A DNA stretch of 64,000 nucleotides from Rickettsiales bacterium (GTDB taxonomy: Bacteria; Pseudomonadota; Alphaproteobacteria; Rickettsiales; UBA1997): the NCBI GenBank assembly GCA_020054695.1, contig JAHXBT010000016.1, positions 101,680 to 165,679 of the forward strand, given 5' to 3'. Made by a program: the position numbers and the translations under genes. Positions 48,017 to 58,202 of this stretch are shown here, piece by piece (the stretch's first letter is position 1; each line of letters starts with the position of its first letter). Under the pieces are notes generated by a model. That model did not search any database, had not been told where the DNA came from, and saw only the letters and a list, made by a program, of their open reading frames with translations.

Positions 48017-49389
48017 TATTTTTTACCTAAAATATTACCCATATTAGATAAGCTTTGATCTCCAGCTAATTGCTCTAATTCTGATTTATCCATTTTTCCT
48101 ACTTTTTTTACAATTTTTTGCATTTGCTTTAATTTTTTTAATAAACGATTTACCTCTTGAATTGTTGAGCCAGAACCGTTAGCAATTCTTTTTTTACGAG
48201 AAGAGTTTAGAATTTCAGCTTTTATTCTTTCTTCTTTATTCATTGAATAAATTATTGCCTCCTGCGTCTTTATCTCTTTCTCTAAATCAGAATTCTGCAA
48301 CATTTCTTTAATTTTCCCTGCTCCAGGTAAAAAACCAAGAATAGAGCCAATACCTCCCATTTTTTTCATATTTTTGATTTGTTTTAACAAATCTTCAAAA
48401 GTAAAAGTACCCTTTCTTATTGATTCTTCAGTTTTTTTCATTTCATCTTCGCTGATTTGTTCGCCAGCTTTTTCAACCAAAGATACAATATCACCCATAC
48501 CAAGAATTCTTGAAGCAATTCTTTCTGGATCAAAAATTTCTAATTCATCTATTTTTTCTCCAGCACCTAGAAATTTTATTGGACAATTTGTTGCAACTCT
48601 CATAGTGATAGCAACGCCACCCCGAGAATTGCCATCTATTCTAGTTAAAATAACACCATCAATATTTAATCTATCATTAAAATCTTGGGCTACATTAATA
48701 CCATCCTGACCCATCATGGAATCAACTACCAAAATTGTCTCATCGGGATTGGTAATTTTTTTAATATCTTCCAATTCTGACATCAAAGCCTCATCAATGT
48801 TTGTACGACCGGCACTATCTAATATTAAAACCTCATAAGACTCATCTTTTGCTTTTTTCAATGCTCTTTGAGCTATCTCAACACTTGTTTGATTTTTGAT
48901 TATATCCAAATTATCTACACCAACTTTTTGTGCCAAAATTGCAAGTTGCTCCATAGCTGCAGGTCTTGAAGTATCAAGTGAAGCTAAAAGAATTTTACTT
49001 TTATTCTTTTTTTTAAATAAAAAATTAGCTAATTTTGCAGTAGTGGTAGTTTTACCAGAAGCCTGCAAACCAGTCATTAAAATAACATTTGGCTCTTTAT
49101 TGGTTAAATTAATTTCTGAAGCTTCAGAACCAAGCAATTCTATTAATTGATCATTAAATATTTTAATAATCATATCGCCAGTTTTGACATTTTTTATAAT
49201 ATCCTGACCTATAATTTCCTCTTTAGCTTTTTTTATAAAATCCTTAGCTACAGATAAAGACACATCAGCTTCTAATAAAGAGATTCTTATTTCTCTCATA
49301 GCTGCGTCAACATCTTCATCAGAAATTATTTTTTTACTTGAAATTTTTTCGAATATTTTTGAAATATTACTACTTATCGTGTCGAACAT
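48016..49389 (-). CDS. ffh: Signal recognition particle protein Ffh
   Basis: 457 aa. GLQASGKTTTTAKLA, DSAGR, TRIDGNSRGG, and a Met-rich M domain. Confidence 0.96.
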   Translation of the reverse strand: MFDTISSNISKIFEKISSKKIISDEDVDAAMREIRISLLEADVSLSVAKDFIKKAKEEIIGQDIIKNVKTGDMIIKIFNDQLIELLGSEASEINLTNKEPNVILMTGLQASGKTTTTAKLANFLFKKKNKSKILLASLDTSRPAAMEQLAILAQKVGVDNLDIIKNQTSVEIAQRALKKAKDESYEVLILDSAGRTNIDEALMSELEDIKKITNPDETILVVDSMMGQDGINVAQDFNDRLNIDGVILTRIDGNSRGGVAITMRVATNCPIKFLGAGEKIDELEIFDPERIASRILGMGDIVSLVEKAGEQISEDEMKKTEESIRKGTFTFEDLLKQIKNMKKMGGIGSILGFLPGAGKIKEMLQNSDLEKEIKTQEAIIYSMNKEERIKAEILNSSRKKRIANGSGSTIQEVNRLLKKLKQMQKIVKKVGKMDKSELEQLAGDQSLSNMGNILGKK

Positions 49390-49394
49390 AGTTT

Positions 49395-49793
49395 TTATTT
49401 AAATGCTTTTATTATTAATTCTGGAATCTTAACCGGCCTAAAAGTTTTAATATCTATAGTTGCTAAAACTACTTTGGCCTTGTTCATAAGAATATCATCA
49501 CAATATATTTCCTGCTCCATTGTAATAGAAGCTTTTTTAATTTCAGCAATTTTAGTGGTAACAGTAATTAAATCATCCATTTTTACTGATTTTATAAATT
49601 TAACCTCTATCAAGCTAACAACAAACGCAACATTCAATTCAGATTTTATATCTCTTTGTAAAATACCCTCCTTTCTTAAAAAATCTGACCTCGCCCTTTC
49701 ATAGAATTTTAAATAATTAGAGTGATATACAACACCCCCCCAATCTGTATCTTCAGTGTATATTCTAAAATTAATATTCATTGATGTTGACAT
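49395..49793 (-). CDS. YbgC/4HBT-family acyl-CoA thioesterase
   Basis: 132 aa. Hot-dog fold signature YTEDTDWGGVVYHSNYLKFYERAR. Confidence 0.85.
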   Translation of the reverse strand: MSTSMNINFRIYTEDTDWGGVVYHSNYLKFYERARSDFLRKEGILQRDIKSELNVAFVVSLIEVKFIKSVKMDDLITVTTKIAEIKKASITMEQEIYCDDILMNKAKVVLATIDIKTFRPVKIPELIIKAFK

Positions 49794-49838
49794 TATCTAA
49801 AAGTTGTGAAAAATTAAAAAGACCAATTATGACCTAAT

Positions 49839-50852
49839 TTGATAAATCAAATGTTAAAAACCCAAAAATTTTTTATTACATTAATATTATTCACCCTTTC
49901 ATCTTGTCTTTCAATTAGAAATTTTGAATCTTATAAAAAAGTTCCACTTTCAGAGTCTGAATTTTTACCTACAAAATTAGAATTAAAAGGAGAGGTAAAA
50001 AAGGTAGTAGTTTTTCCTCTTGATTTAGGAAAAAATGAAGTAGCTAAAAAGGCAAATATTAGTAAAGTTGCCACAACTTCTATTGAAAATATTCTTACTG
50101 AAAATAAACTAATAAAATTAATAGATAGAAATTCTGCAAAAAAATTAGCAACAGAAATCAGGCTTTCGGAAATGAAAAAAAGTGGAATATATAAAGGTCC
50201 ACCAATTGCTGATTATGCTATCATGGGTACATTTTCTAATGTTGGATTTACCTCAAAATATAAAGCAGCAATACCAGGATATAAACCAGGAGAAGGTTAT
50301 TATATAAATCCTGCTCATTTCCAGTATATATCTAATATTTCTGGAAATATTAGAATATATGAACTGCCATCTATGTCAGTAATTGAAAATATTGGCTTTG
50401 ATGGTTCAGCCGTACGCAAAGAGAATGCTAAAAATGAGGGCGTATCTGTACTTGGAATCATCGAAATAAAATCAAAACAAGATAAAGGAGTTAAAAGAGA
50501 TGATAATTTAGTTAGGCAAGCTGCTAAGAAATCTATTCAATCTATTACTCGTAAATTAAAAAATGTTTTTGCTAAAAAGGGATATATTTTAGAAAAAAGA
50601 ATTTTAAAGAAAAAAACTATTTTTAAAATCAGCCTAGGTAGTAAAGATGGAATTAACAAAGGTAATAAATTTCAAATAGTAGGTAAATTTGAAGAAACTA
50701 ATGATATTACAGGAGAATCAGAAATTGAAAAACGAATTTTAGCAAAAGGAAAGATTAGTGATAGAGTAAATAGTAAATCATCTTGGATTATAATTGATAA
50801 AAATGATTATAATAAAATTAGATTGGGTGATATAATTAAAATAACATACTAA
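49839..50852 (+). CDS. Lipoprotein, possibly CsgG/LpoB-like
   Basis: 337 aa. Lipobox LFTLSSC. VVVFPLD...LIDRNS...ADYAIMGTF resembles the CsgG-family core. Function is uncertain. Confidence 0.6.
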   Translation: MINQMLKTQKFFITLILFTLSSCLSIRNFESYKKVPLSESEFLPTKLELKGEVKKVVVFPLDLGKNEVAKKANISKVATTSIENILTENKLIKLIDRNSAKKLATEIRLSEMKKSGIYKGPPIADYAIMGTFSNVGFTSKYKAAIPGYKPGEGYYINPAHFQYISNISGNIRIYELPSMSVIENIGFDGSAVRKENAKNEGVSVLGIIEIKSKQDKGVKRDDNLVRQAAKKSIQSITRKLKNVFAKKGYILEKRILKKKTIFKISLGSKDGINKGNKFQIVGKFEETNDITGESEIEKRILAKGKISDRVNSKSSWIIIDKNDYNKIRLGDIIKITY

Positions 50853-50855
50853 AAA

Positions 50856-51701
50856 ATGATTTTTAAAGATAGTGTATTAGAAATATACAAGGATTATACT
50901 CATTTTATCGTTGATATTTGGGGAGTTATCCATGATGGTAGTCATGTGTATCCAGGAGTTATTGACAATCTTAAACGAGTTCGTGCCAGTGGAAAAAAAA
51001 TATGTTTTTTATCAAATGCACCAAGAAGAGCAATTAAAGCTGAAAAATTATTAAATAATTTTGGAATTGACAAAGAACTCTATGATTTTGTTCTTACTTC
51101 AGGGGAGGCGACTTTTTTACATCTATCAGAACATAAAGATTTTGGTCAAGAATATTTTTATATGGGTGAAGATAAGGATCTAGATCTCCTTGATGGTTTA
51201 GATTATAAAATAACTGATATGAAATCAGCAAAATTTATTGTTAATACTGGTCTTGGCGATCAATTTCCAACTATAGAATCAAGAATATCAGATTTAAAAG
51301 AAGGTTTAAAATATAATCTACCCATGATTTGTGTTAATCCCGATATAATTGTTGTTAAACAATCTGGTTTAGAAATTCTATGCGCAGGTATTCTAGCAAA
51401 AAGGTATCAAGAGATGGGAGGTAGAGTAATTTATTTTGGCAAACCTTACAAATTAGTATATGATAAAGTAAAAGATTTATTTTCAACTGACAATAATTCT
51501 AAAATTCTAGCAATTGGTGACGGTATAGAAACAGACATTTTGGGTGCAAATGAAAATAATATTGATGCTGCCTTAATTGGAGGGGGTATTTTAGGAAATA
51601 AGCTTGGAATTAAATATCGAGAATTGCCAAAATCTCACGATATAGAAAAAATATGTGAAGAATATAAAGTTGCACCTAAATTTATATTAGGTGGCTTATA
51701 A
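50856..51701 (+). CDS. HAD-superfamily subfamily IIA hydrolase
   Basis: 281 aa. Motif I VDIWGVIHDG, then LSNAPR, and GDGIETDILGA (motif IV). Confidence 0.85.
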   Translation: MIFKDSVLEIYKDYTHFIVDIWGVIHDGSHVYPGVIDNLKRVRASGKKICFLSNAPRRAIKAEKLLNNFGIDKELYDFVLTSGEATFLHLSEHKDFGQEYFYMGEDKDLDLLDGLDYKITDMKSAKFIVNTGLGDQFPTIESRISDLKEGLKYNLPMICVNPDIIVVKQSGLEILCAGILAKRYQEMGGRVIYFGKPYKLVYDKVKDLFSTDNNSKILAIGDGIETDILGANENNIDAALIGGGILGNKLGIKYRELPKSHDIEKICEEYKVAPKFILGGL

Positions 51702-51733
51702 CAAGCTATTTTAATGAACCAACATATAATCTT

Positions 51734-52753
51734 ATGAAGTTAGAAAAAATATTTTTACCAGCAATAATAATAATTGCTATATCTTGGTTATTATTAACAA
51801 TAAAATCAATTTTATCACCCTTTATATTTTCTGCAATTATTGCCTATTTATTTAGCCCTGTAATTCTAAAATTAGAAAAATTTGGCCTTACAAGACCTAC
51901 ATCATCTGCAATTATTCTTATATTATTTTTTACAATTTTAGCCACTATTTTTACAAATTTATTACCTAGTTTATTTCTTGAATTAAGCCACTTTCTTAAA
52001 AAATTACCAACATATATTGATAATTTATTAATCAAGATATCATCATTTCTTAATATTGGCCTAAAAGATCAATTAATAGATAGTGGTAACGTATCTGAAA
52101 TATTATCTTTTTCTGATAATATTTTTAGCAATATTGCTAAATCTACTAACGCTGCTATTGACGTTGTGGCCTCTTTTGCAATTACTCCTATAATTACTTT
52201 TTACTTTTTAAAAGATTGGGAAAAAATGATTTCTTCCATTCAAAAATATCTACCAACAAAATATAAAAAAAGAATCGGGGAGGTCGTTACAGATGTTGAC
52301 CAAGTTATCTCTCGATATTTACGAGGACAATTAACAGTATGTTTAATTCTAAGTCTTATTTACTCTATTTCCTTAAATTACCTAGGATTAAATTATGGCT
52401 TCCTTATAGGTATAATTACTGGTATTTTGTCATTTATACCCTATGTAGGTATGTTAATTGGTGTTAGTTCTGCTTATATTGTTGCTTTGTTTCAGTGGGG
52501 TTTTATTCCTATGTATTTTGGACTAATAGCAATAATTTTTATTATTGGTCAAATTGTTGAATCTAATTATTTTACTCCCAAATTAGTTGGAGATCAAGTG
52601 GGTATCCACCCCGTTTGGATTATTTTTGGCCTTTTTGTATTTGGTATATTGTTCGGATTTATAGGATTGTTGATGGCCATTCCCTTAACTGCTATTTCAA
52701 AAATATTATTGCAATATTACGCTAAATTCTATAGAAAAAAATACATAGAATAA
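51734..52753 (+). CDS. AI-2E family transporter (PerM/UPF0118)
   Basis: 339 aa polytopic protein. Contains RYLRGQL, FIPYVG and GLLMAIPLTA. Confidence 0.85.
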   Translation: MKLEKIFLPAIIIIAISWLLLTIKSILSPFIFSAIIAYLFSPVILKLEKFGLTRPTSSAIILILFFTILATIFTNLLPSLFLELSHFLKKLPTYIDNLLIKISSFLNIGLKDQLIDSGNVSEILSFSDNIFSNIAKSTNAAIDVVASFAITPIITFYFLKDWEKMISSIQKYLPTKYKKRIGEVVTDVDQVISRYLRGQLTVCLILSLIYSISLNYLGLNYGFLIGIITGILSFIPYVGMLIGVSSAYIVALFQWGFIPMYFGLIAIIFIIGQIVESNYFTPKLVGDQVGIHPVWIIFGLFVFGILFGFIGLLMAIPLTAISKILLQYYAKFYRKKYIE

Positions 52754-53061
52754 CATTGCACAATTTTATATTCCTAGTAAAATAATACTTCGAGAAAATA
52801 CATAAAAAATGAGTATAACAATACCCATATTATGCATATCTTATTGTAATATATAACCTTAAATAATACTAAAAGTGGAAAAGGACATTACATTAGTCAT
52901 TATTAAAAAACTTTTATAAAAATACTTAATGTTACATTAATTTGAATAAGTTATAACACAATATTTCAAAGATATTATAATAATACTTGCAAAATATTTT
53001 CATTATCTCATCATAGTTTGTTAACGATAGAATTCATTACAAGTGAATTTATTATCTTTTT

Positions 53062-53137
53062 GCCCAGATAGCTCAGTCGGTAGAGCAAAGGATTGAAAAT
53101 CCTTGTGTCGGCGGTTCGATCCCGTCTCTGGGCACCA
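53062..53137 (+). tRNA. tRNA-Phe (anticodon GAA), CCA encoded
   Basis: The sequence gcccagatagctcagtcggtagagcaaaggattGAAaatccttgtgtcggcggttcgatcccgtctctgggcacca folds as a cloverleaf, with acceptor gcccaga/tctgggc and T-loop ttcgatc. Confidence 0.95.
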
Positions 53138-53399
53138 CAATTATCTAGGAGAATTACTTTTACAATTCATAAAAAACCTATATTAATAAGAAATACTGGT
53201 ATTTTAGAGGCAGAGATATATCTATATTTGAGAAATTAATACAATTATTTGAATCAGATTATACTATTTTCATTAACTTATGAAAATAGTAATATCGTTA
53301 AGAATAATAATATAACTTTAATAAAGTTCTAAGTAATTTGTGGTAACTACTTTAAGCTAAATAAATTTAAAATTAGGAAAGGTTATAGGAAGAAAAGCA

Positions 53400-53774
53400 T
53401 TAATCGCTATCCTTTAAATATTGATTGTAGGCATCTTGATCCATCAGATCATCTAACTTATTACTACCATCTAATTTGATTTTTACTAACCAACCCTCAT
53501 TTTGTGGACACTGGTTAACTCTTTCTGGATGATCATTAAGCGTATCGTTAATAGATGTAACCTCACCAGAAATTGGTATATAAACATCTGATGCAGATTT
53601 AGCTGATTCAACAACTGCAAAAGCGTCGCTTCTAGTAAATTTAGCACCAATTTCAGGTAACTCAACATAAACTAACTCACCTAATGCATCAACTGCATGT
53701 TGAGTAATGCCGATAATACCCTCGTCACCTTCAACTTTTATCCATTCATGATCCTTTGTAAATCTAACTGTCAT
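53400..53774 (-). CDS. gcvH: Glycine cleavage system H protein
   Basis: 124 aa. FTKDHEWI, and the lipoyl-Lys context VESAKSASDVYIPISGEV. Confidence 0.95.
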   Translation of the reverse strand: MTVRFTKDHEWIKVEGDEGIIGITQHAVDALGELVYVELPEIGAKFTRSDAFAVVESAKSASDVYIPISGEVTSINDTLNDHPERVNQCPQNEGWLVKIKLDGSNKLDDLMDQDAYNQYLKDSD

Positions 53775-53779
53775 AATTT

Positions 53780-54136
53780 TTAATTAAATTTGTTATAGTT
53801 CTCCATTTCAACAATATTTACAGAAATAGCAAGATTTTTCTTCTCCACAGAAGAAAAAAAGTATTTTTTTACTAATTCTAATAAATTTTTGGAAAATACT
53901 TCTATTTTATCTTTAGTTCTACCTGGAAGAATTTTAATCTCAAAAAATATAAAAGATTTTTCAGAGCCGTCCGCCAAATAAAAGTCGTCAAATTTTATAG
54001 CACGACTTTTGCAAGCAGCAATATTCGCATTCAGATCATCAATTAATAGTTGATGAATTTTAGGAAATAATGTTTGAGAAAATTTTTTATCTTTCTCTAT
54101 AATGTTGGAGCTGTATTCTAAAACAATATGAGGCAT
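53780..54136 (-). CDS. 5-carboxymethyl-2-hydroxymuconate isomerase-like tautomerase
   Basis: 118 aa. N-terminal MPHIVLEYSSN (catalytic Pro1 after Met removal), CKSRAI and ILPGRT patterns of the CHMI family. Confidence 0.7.
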   Translation of the reverse strand: MPHIVLEYSSNIIEKDKKFSQTLFPKIHQLLIDDLNANIAACKSRAIKFDDFYLADGSEKSFIFFEIKILPGRTKDKIEVFSKNLLELVKKYFFSSVEKKNLAISVNIVEMENYNKFN

Positions 54137-55251
54137 TATTTAATGCTTTTTGTTCTAGCTGGTAAAAAATTTGGAGAACATATTTCAGCCAATATCTTTC
54201 TATTTCTTACAATAACATTTATTTTTTCTCCATTAATAGCAATTTCAGACGGCAAATATGTTTGACCGATTGATGTTTTTAATGCCGGAGAAAAACCACC
54301 GCTAGTTAATTTGGCAATAACCTTCCCCCCTCTTTCAATTTCTGAACCTTCTCTAGCTATTCCCTTCTCAAGAAGCTTAATACCTACTCTTTTTATTTTG
54401 GCACCATTAGACTTTTCTGGAATAATTCTATCACAACCAAAAAAGTTGTCATTAGTTTTGCTAACAACCCAAGATAAACCAGCTTCAACAGGACTAGTCT
54501 CCTCATTAAGATCGTGACCATATAAAGGGTATCCCATTTCTAAACGAAGAGTATCTCTAGCGCCAAGACCTATTGGTTTAACGAATTCATTTTGACATAA
54601 TTCTAGCCAAAAATCAACAGCTGCAGTATCTAAAATACTAACTTCAAATCCATCCTCACCAGTATAACCTGTTCTACTAATATAAACTTCTTGACCATTT
54701 CTTAAGGTAAATTGACCCAAATTCATATAGGGTAGATCAGATAAGTTTCCTTCTGATATAAGACCTTGTAAAACTTCTTCTGATTTAATACCCTGAATAG
54801 CAATCAAGGACCGGTTATCTAATTTAGTTAAAGTTAAATTTTCTGGCAAATTCTTTTCCATCCAAGCAATATCTTTTTCTTTGCATCCGGCATTAATTAC
54901 AATAAAAAATTTATCCTCTGCTATTCTAGTAATGATCAAATCATCAATAATGCCACCCTTTTCATTTGTTAAAACAGTGTATTTAGCAAGATTATTCTTA
55001 GCTATTTTAAAATTACTAGGTGTCAAATTTGATAGAAATTCTGCAACATTATCACCTTCAATAGTGATTTGACCCATATGAGAAACATCAAATAAACCAA
55101 CATTATCATTCCTTACCCATTCATGCTCCTTTAGCATACCAAGAGAATATTCTACTGGCATTTCATAACCAGCAAACTCAACCATTTTTGCCTTTTGATC
55201 CTTATGAGCTTGATTTAAGGAAGTTTTTTTTATGGATATTATATTATTCAT
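54136..55251 (-). CDS. gcvT: Glycine cleavage system aminomethyltransferase T
   Basis: 371 aa. KMVEFAGYEMPVEY, LFDVSHMGQ, SRTGYTGEDGFE and RDTLRLE. Confidence 0.95.
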   Translation of the reverse strand: MNNIISIKKTSLNQAHKDQKAKMVEFAGYEMPVEYSLGMLKEHEWVRNDNVGLFDVSHMGQITIEGDNVAEFLSNLTPSNFKIAKNNLAKYTVLTNEKGGIIDDLIITRIAEDKFFIVINAGCKEKDIAWMEKNLPENLTLTKLDNRSLIAIQGIKSEEVLQGLISEGNLSDLPYMNLGQFTLRNGQEVYISRTGYTGEDGFEVSILDTAAVDFWLELCQNEFVKPIGLGARDTLRLEMGYPLYGHDLNEETSPVEAGLSWVVSKTNDNFFGCDRIIPEKSNGAKIKRVGIKLLEKGIAREGSEIERGGKVIAKLTSGGFSPALKTSIGQTYLPSEIAINGEKINVIVRNRKILAEICSPNFLPARTKSIK

Positions 55252-55573
55252 CGGAAATGTTTGGAATTTGTAATTTTTTATTTTCCTCTTTTTCTTCTAT
55301 AGCTTTTTCAATTTTAGATAAAGAAGAGTCAGTAGATCTGGCTGTAATTGTTGCTAAAATCAAGCAATTACCCATAAAAATAGCCACTAAAATCATAATA
55401 GATTTTGTTAGAGCAGCATTTCCAGCCTTAGATGATATTGCAGAATTAACGCCGCCGCTAGCACCAATACCATTAAGAGAGCTGTTGCCAGATTTTTGTA
55501 CCAAAACCAAAACTATCATAATTGACACAATGATAATTTGAGATATTAATAATATTAATTGTAAATTTGTCAT
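55244..55573 (-). CDS. secG: Preprotein translocase subunit SecG
   Basis: 109 aa. Two TM segments flank the Gly/Ser-rich loop LVQKSGNSSLNGIGASGG. Overlaps the gcvT start by 8 nt. Confidence 0.8.
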   Translation of the reverse strand: MTNLQLILLISQIIIVSIMIVLVLVQKSGNSSLNGIGASGGVNSAISSKAGNAALTKSIMILVAIFMGNCLILATITARSTDSSLSKIEKAIEEKEENKKLQIPNISDE

Positions 55574-55585
55574 TGAAATTGATTA

Positions 55586-55662
<77 letters not shown>

Positions 55663-55822
55663 CCTATTTTCACCTACCTTTAATTAAATTTTAAGGAAAA
55701 TTTAATTTAATTTGCTATTTTCTTTTATTTTTTTTAAATTTGCAATATTAATTTGTATCAAATAACAAATCTTATCTAGAAAGCTATTTTAAAAATAGAA
55801 AATTACATTATATCATCGAGAA

Positions 55823-56101
55823 ATGAAAAAAATAATTACCACTTTATTTATAATTAATATCTTTTGCATAAACCCCTCTTTTGCCTGGACAGGATATGAA
55901 AAAGATTCTACAAACATAATTGATATTGGTTCTGGAAGTTTAACTAGAATTGGATTAATAATAAGTTTTTTTGATTTTGTTGATAACAAAAGTCATGATG
56001 CTGAAATTTTGTCAATGGAGAATAACGGTAATTTTCTAGAAATTACACTATTTGACATTGATTTGCAAAAAGAAAGGATATTTTTAATGGAAAATGATTA
56101 A
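55823..56101 (+). CDS. Small secreted hypothetical protein
   Basis: 92 aa. Signal peptide ending PSFAW. Overlaps the gpmI start by 8 nt, which argues for a real, coupled gene. Confidence 0.5.
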   Translation: MKKIITTLFIINIFCINPSFAWTGYEKDSTNIIDIGSGSLTRIGLIISFFDFVDNKSHDAEILSMENNGNFLEITLFDIDLQKERIFLMEND

Positions 56102-57623
56102 AAAAACAACGTTACTTTGTATTTTAGATGGTTGGGGAATAGGTAGTAATCATAAAAATAATGCTATTTATAGAGCAAAAACACCTAATTATGACCGAAT
56201 CTTAGCGGCATACCCACATTCAGAAATAAAAACTTCTGGTGTTGATGTTGGGCTACCTGATGGACAAATTGGTAATTCTGAAGTTGGGCATGTTTCCATT
56301 GGATCTGGTCGTATTATACATCAAAATTTACCTAGAATTAATAAAGAAATAGAATCTAATAATTTAGGAAATAACCCTATTTTACAAAAACTAAAACCTG
56401 AACAAGAAAATAAAACTTTTCATTTAATGGGTTTATTTTCTTTTGGTGGAGTACATTCTCATATTAATCATATTATATATTTAGCTAAATTTTTAGCAAA
56501 GAAAGGCTTTATAGTTAAAGTTCATGCCTTTTTAGATGGTAGAGATGTAGGACAAAAAACTGCTCTTAATGATTTTGCTAAATTTCGTTCAGCAATTTCT
56601 GACTATAAAAATATTGAAATAGCAACAATATCAGGTAGATATTATGCTATGGATAGAGATAAAAAATGGGATAGAACCAAATTATCCTATGATTCAATTA
56701 TTTTTGGCAAAGGCCAAGGATATGACTCAACCTTTGACTGTATTAACGATCATTACCAAAAAAATATTACTGATGAATTTATCTTACCTAGTATTATAGG
56801 CAACTATGATGGCGTTAAAGATAAAGAAAATATTATATGCGCTAATTTTAGATCTGATCGTGCTAGACAAATTTGTTTAGCCATACTAGACCCCAATTTT
56901 AGAGGTTTTGACACTAAAAGGATTAATTTTAATTCTTCAATTGCTTTGACTAGCTATTCTGATCAATTAAATAATTTTCAAGAAATTCTTTTCCCAACGA
57001 TTAACATTAAAAACTCCTTAGGAGAAGTTTTGCAAAACAATAATCTTTCTCAACTTAGAATTGCTGAAACTGAAAAATATGCTCATGTTACTTTCTTCTT
57101 TAGTGGCGGTCGTGAGAAAGAGTTTATTTTAGAAGATCGTATTTTAATTGATTCACCAAATGTTGCTACCTATGATCTAAAACCTGAAATGTCAGCAATA
57201 GAAGTTTCGCATAATATTGTAGAGCAAATACAGTCTAATAAATATGATTTTATCATTGTTAACTATGCCAATCCAGACATGGTAGGGCATAGTGGAGTAT
57301 TAAATTCAGCAATTGAGGCCTGCTCAATCATTGATAAACAACTCGGTAAGCTAGAGCAGGAAATTCTTAAAATTGATGGTAATATGCTAATTACTGCAGA
57401 TCACGGCAATATCGAAAATATGGTTGATGAAAGTGGCAATCCACACACTGCACATACATTAAATCCTGTACCATTAATTTTACTATCAAATAATGCTAGA
57501 AATTTTCAATTAAATGATGGTGTTTTATCAGACATTGCACCAACAATTTTAAATTTAATGAAGATTGAAAAACCAAATGAAATGAGTGGCAAAAATTTAT
57601 TAAAACTTTCCAAACTTATTTAG
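56094..57623 (+). CDS. gpmI: 2,3-bisphosphoglycerate-independent phosphoglycerate mutase
   Basis: 509 aa. LCILDGWG, GNSEVGH, GGVHSH, ETEKYAHVTFFFSGG, NYANPDMVGH and TADHGN. Confidence 0.95.
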   Translation: MIKKTTLLCILDGWGIGSNHKNNAIYRAKTPNYDRILAAYPHSEIKTSGVDVGLPDGQIGNSEVGHVSIGSGRIIHQNLPRINKEIESNNLGNNPILQKLKPEQENKTFHLMGLFSFGGVHSHINHIIYLAKFLAKKGFIVKVHAFLDGRDVGQKTALNDFAKFRSAISDYKNIEIATISGRYYAMDRDKKWDRTKLSYDSIIFGKGQGYDSTFDCINDHYQKNITDEFILPSIIGNYDGVKDKENIICANFRSDRARQICLAILDPNFRGFDTKRINFNSSIALTSYSDQLNNFQEILFPTINIKNSLGEVLQNNNLSQLRIAETEKYAHVTFFFSGGREKEFILEDRILIDSPNVATYDLKPEMSAIEVSHNIVEQIQSNKYDFIIVNYANPDMVGHSGVLNSAIEACSIIDKQLGKLEQEILKIDGNMLITADHGNIENMVDESGNPHTAHTLNPVPLILLSNNARNFQLNDGVLSDIAPTILNLMKIEKPNEMSGKNLLKLSKLI

Positions 57624-57676
57624 TACGCATGTTTTTAGATCTGCCAAAATTACCTACTAAACCTGCTGTATGTTGG

Positions 57677-58201
57677 TTAAATTATAAGGTTTGTTGCATT
57701 TAATAATATTACATTAATTATTAATATAAAAATAATTAATAACAATATTATCCGCCTATATTTTGAATTTATTGTATTATTACAAGACACAACAATTGTG
57801 CCTGCTGCAAAGTCTCTTATCGATCTTCTTTTACTGTTTAATATAATAGAAATAATATCAGCTAATTTTAATAGTGGAATTGAAGTAATAAAATAAGAAG
57901 AAGATCTAAGAATTGATTTTTGTAATGATGGCAAATTACCATTTTCATCCAAAATAATAATATTCATAAACATTTTTCCTGGAGTTTGACCATATAAAAA
58001 AGTAAAAAAAGTAAAAAAAGTAAATATTAATATAAAACTAAAAAAAGACCAAACATTAATAGCTATTAAAGAATTAATATAAACAGCAATCATCAAAGAA
58101 ATAACCATAATTGGACTCAATATTAAAAAATCCAAAAAATAAGCTGCCGCCCTCTTACCTATAATATTATAATATTTTATATCGCTTATGTTATAACTCA
58201 T
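57677..58201 (-). CDS. RDD-family membrane protein
   Basis: 174 aa. GKRAAAYFLDFLIL, and RSIRDFAAGTIVV near the C-terminal half. Confidence 0.72.
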   Translation of the reverse strand: MSYNISDIKYYNIIGKRAAAYFLDFLILSPIMVISLMIAVYINSLIAINVWSFFSFILIFTFFTFFTFLYGQTPGKMFMNIIILDENGNLPSLQKSILRSSSYFITSIPLLKLADIISIILNSKRRSIRDFAAGTIVVSCNNTINSKYRRIILLLIIFILIINVILLNATNLII

Positions 58202-58202
58202 C

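Noticed and set aside
55188-55541. 117-aa plus-strand ORF opposite secG and the gcvT start
   Set aside because: It is antisense to SecG, which has a convincing two-TM plus Gly-rich-loop architecture, and it has no motif of its own.
55252-55585. Expected glycine riboswitch upstream of gcvT
   Set aside because: The space is fully occupied by secG, which overlaps gcvT by 8 nt, and only 12 nt separate secG from tRNA-Pro. No room or conserved riboswitch core was seen.
58001-58024. 9-nt tandem repeat (agtaaaaaa x ~2.7) inside the RDD-family gene
   Set aside because: It is in-frame, encoding FTFFTFFTF within a TM segment, and short. It is not a credible phase-variation switch.
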